Of a stretch of 64,000 bases of DNA, positions 63,281 through 64,000 are shown in pieces. Below the pieces are notes generated by a model that ran no database searches, was not told where the DNA came from, and saw only the letters and a program-made list of their open reading frames with translations. Positions within the stretch are counted from its first letter, which is position 1; each line of letters begins with the position of its first letter. Position numbers and translations under genes: made by a program. The DNA comes from Ramazzottius varieornatus (Eukaryota > Animalia > Tardigrada), in NCBI GenBank assembly GCA_001949185.1, contig BDGG01000006.1, positions 788,827 through 852,826 of the forward strand, given 5' to 3'.

Positions 63281-63642
63281 CCGTTATTGCTTTATTCAAA
63301 CAAATAACTTTTTCTTCAGAAGAAGACCACAATGAAACAGGAAACTAAATCAAAATCAACAAGTTACGTGGACACGGTTCTTCCCTTCCCAAGATTCAAA
63401 ACGTAAAATATTTTTTCGAGTCCTTTAGTCTTCGCAGTACCCATAACACAAAAAGTATTACCTCGCTGTATGTCAAGAGACAAGAGCTGTTTGCAATATT
63501 GAAGATATCTGGTCTCAAAAGAAAACTCAACAAGCTTCTTCCTGATCGCGTTGATCAATTCCGTCGCTGCAGGTCCCCAAGATCCGAAGGTCTCGAATCC
63601 CAAAGGAACGAAGAGGTACTGTGAAGCGATGCCTTGATATTT
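63281..63642 (-). mobile_element. 5'-truncated RLE-clade retrotransposon 3' end inserted in exon 2
   Basis: KYQG...FVPLGFETFGSWG...LSLDIQRGN. Confidence 0.85.
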
Positions 63643-64000
63643 CCACCGGCATTCCAAATGATGTTACGGTGAATATTCCGATTTGCTACCACCTTTTACC
63701 TTCCATGCTGCACTCCTTTTGCGCTTGATAATTTGCTGCTGTTCCACTCAGTTTCCTCTATACGGATCGGATAATACCTACACCTGCCGGTAGCACCCCT
63801 GTGGAGTATGCCCGGTTATTTTTCCGCACAATGGACTGCACCCGGAAGTACGACATTCCCGAGCTGTACTTAGCCTGCCATTCGTGGCTTATCTCTATGA
63901 CTAACAGCCACAAAGACTCACTAGACCAGATGTGCACGACGATTCTAACCGAAGTGAGAATCGGGAGCGGGGCAAACACAATCGGCAAGATTCCTTTCTA

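Larger units (their letters stand above)
62325..63953 (+). pseudogene. Second BTB paralogue, disrupted by a retroelement; continues beyond the window. Exons 62325-62476, 63187-63668, 63752-63953
   Basis: MEKVDRGWQATTKKIRDR..IGAHK / LILAAGGEVMYAMFYG..IKIPD [insertion] PPAFQMMLR / FLYTD..TRKYDIPELY; same intron positions as the minus-strand gene. Confidence 0.85.

Overview
Eukaryotic, animal-type genomic DNA with short GT-AG introns. A compact invertebrate genome, possibly a tardigrade, is my inference and is not proven from the sequence. Host genes, in order: cGMP-dependent protein kinase (+, 3951-12388) with two alternative leucine-zipper first exons and an intronic U6 snRNA; a 9x C2H2/AT-hook/BEN-domain gene (+); a divergent RFX transcription factor (-) head-to-head with a tail-anchored coiled-coil gene (+); heparan sulfate NDST (+); a small secreted-peptide ORF; an intronless GT32 glycosyltransferase (-); and a head-to-head pair of BTB-BACK paralogues. 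The window is rich in DNA transposons: several hAT families with 8-bp TSDs, a pogo-like element, TA-flanked MITEs, a foldback element and RLE-type retrotransposon remnants. Two structures stand out. (1) A family of modular palindromes (AAGTGGCGCAC-N24/25-GTGCGCCACTT, often inside GGGAGCTCGG...CCGAGCTCCC ends) occurs at about 22 loci, essentially all intronic. (2) An inverted duplication (about 18.9-23.1 kb vs 41.9-49.3 kb) is decayed except for an apparently identical ~665-bp BEN-exon segment, and fragments of a once-functional RFX paralogue lie scattered nearby. All exon boundaries were read by eye.
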